DNA of 47,467 nucleotides from Alphaproteobacteria bacterium (GTDB lineage Bacteria; Pseudomonadota; Alphaproteobacteria; Holosporales; JBOFFI01): NCBI GenBank assembly GCA_051657245.1, contig JBOFKI010000005.1, positions 1 to 47,467 of the forward strand, read 5' to 3'. Shown piece by piece: positions 46,421 to 47,467 of this stretch (position 1 is its first letter; each line of letters starts with the position of its first letter). The notes under the pieces were generated by a model. It saw only the letters and a program-made list of their open reading frames with translations, ran no database searches and was not told where the DNA came from. The position numbers and the translations under genes were made by a program.

Positions 46421-47111
46421 GGGGAAGGGAGCTTATCACCCCAGCTTCTTTAGAAGCGCCTGAAAGCTTAAAGCTCTGGATGCGCTGCCACGTCTTTAAA
46501 GCCTGTGCCTTGTTTGAAAAAGGGCCTACCTGTAAAGAAATTTTTCTCCCAGAAGCCTTCTCACCCCGTGAAAGGAGGTTATCAATGGAAACAGTTTGGG
46601 ACGCTTGGGGTTTATCCGCCGGTTCAGCGGAGCTTTCTGGGATAAAGGGGAGCGAAGGCTGAACCGTTGCAGGCGCAGGCATAGAAGACGCTTCCACTTG
46701 AGGGGCGCCAGCTTGAGCAGCTTCTTGTGGAAGATCCAAAGAAGGGGCAGGTGCAAGCGGCTCCCCAGGAGCTTCAGCTGTTAATAGAGGAGATTCAACA
46801 GGGGGCAATAAACGCTCCACAACCTGTGTGTCCTCCCCAAGCTTTCCCTTCTCAATATGCTTATACACTTGGTGGTGCGACGCATCGGATGGATTTTGAT
46901 CAGGGGGGGGAGCAATCCGTATAGGCCCCTGGGCAGCCTTGATCAGGGGTAGGGTATGTTGGGACGATGTTGGCTTTTTTAGTAAAAAATAGAAGGCTCC
47001 AGCAAGCCCTGAAAGAAGGATTGCAACCAAAAAAGCAAAGCGCCAAGGACGCAAGATCTCGTATTTGGCAGAAGAGGACTCCCCGCCATAAGAGTGGGCT
47101 AACCGGGTCAT
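46296..47111 (-). CDS. SPOR-domain (peptidoglycan-binding) membrane protein
   Basis: N-terminal TM segment, a Pro-rich linker and a C-terminal SPOR-like domain ([22 protein letters not shown]...[17 protein letters not shown]). It sits in the argS-SPOR-nagZ arrangement. Its start overlaps the argS stop (ATGA). Confidence 0.75.
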
Positions 47112-47467
47112 GCACGCATCTCTTCAACTGGTTTCACACCAAACAACCGCAACCCAGACCGTATCACCAAAAGAACCCCTGAAACAAGGGCCATACGAGC
47201 TTCAGAAAGCGCCCTATCTTCCGGAATCAAAAACCGAAGAATTGTTTCTTGCTTGCCTTTGCTCCATAGGGTGTGAAAGCCTTGGGCTAATTCGTAGAGG
47301 TAAGCGGCTAAACGATGGGGCTCCTGGGCCAGAGCCGCTGCTTCCAGCTGTCTAGGCCAATCTGCCAAACGCTTGATCAGATTAAGCTCGCCCTCATCTT
47401 CCAAGCCTGCGAAAGAAGCTTCGGCCAGGATAGAAGCATCCAAAACCATCTGGGGGAAAAGCTCTTG
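47108..47467 (-). CDS. argS: Arginine--tRNA ligase, C-terminal part only (the gene continues beyond the window end)
   Basis: DALR anticodon-binding domain pattern [20 protein letters not shown]...RMALV...[13 protein letters not shown]. The ORF is open to the window edge. Confidence 0.88.
   Translation of the reverse strand, partial: QELFPQMVLDASILAEASFAGLEDEGELNLIKRLADWPRQLEAAALAQEPHRLAAYLYELAQGFHTLWSKGKQETILRFLIPEDRALSEARMALVSGVLLVIRSGLRLFGVKPVEEMRA

Overview
This 47.5-kb window is mostly bacterial housekeeping genes. The gene content and local synteny (tilS-ftsH-smpB, hslVU, two-domain maeB, argS-SPOR-nagZ, short Psd with an FGS cleavage site) suggest Alphaproteobacteria; that is my inference, with no search run. 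Core genes: smpB, ftsH, tilS, bamE, a HIT-family gene, hslV, hslU, rmuC, maeB, mgtE, psd, pssA, cdsA, murJ, alaS, metG, nagZ, partial argS, tRNA-Leu(GAG) and tRNA-Cys(GCA). Transport genes: a NupC-type nucleoside transporter, a family-5 solute-binding protein followed by a CcmA-like ATPase, and a Zn/Mn ABC system whose permease and binding protein are fused in frame. Several accessory features sit among these and point to a host-associated, possibly intracellular or amoeba-associated, lifestyle. (1) A eukaryote-like F-box plus GAxALA leucine-rich-repeat protein. (2) Next to it, a 540-bp gene-free, repeat-rich and strongly self-complementary segment. (3) A lipoprotein that fuses a TPR domain to a secretin core, with no other secretion or pilus genes in the window. 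(4) A 1312-aa cadherin-repeat/RTX adhesin with G4S-like linkers and a near-identical 294-bp internal tandem duplication, wedged between alaS and metG. (5) Orphan secreted proteins carrying eukaryotic-looking short motifs (C-terminal QDEL; PLDLS plus a basic tract). (6) A PfkB kinase with a signal-peptide-like N-terminus. (7) At least four decayed IS fragments (IS630 and IS5 families) and one MITE-like nested palindrome. I saw no CRISPR array, rRNA gene, prophage or recognisable defence or toxin-antitoxin module. All calls rest on reading the ORF translations and the DNA by eye; no database search was run.
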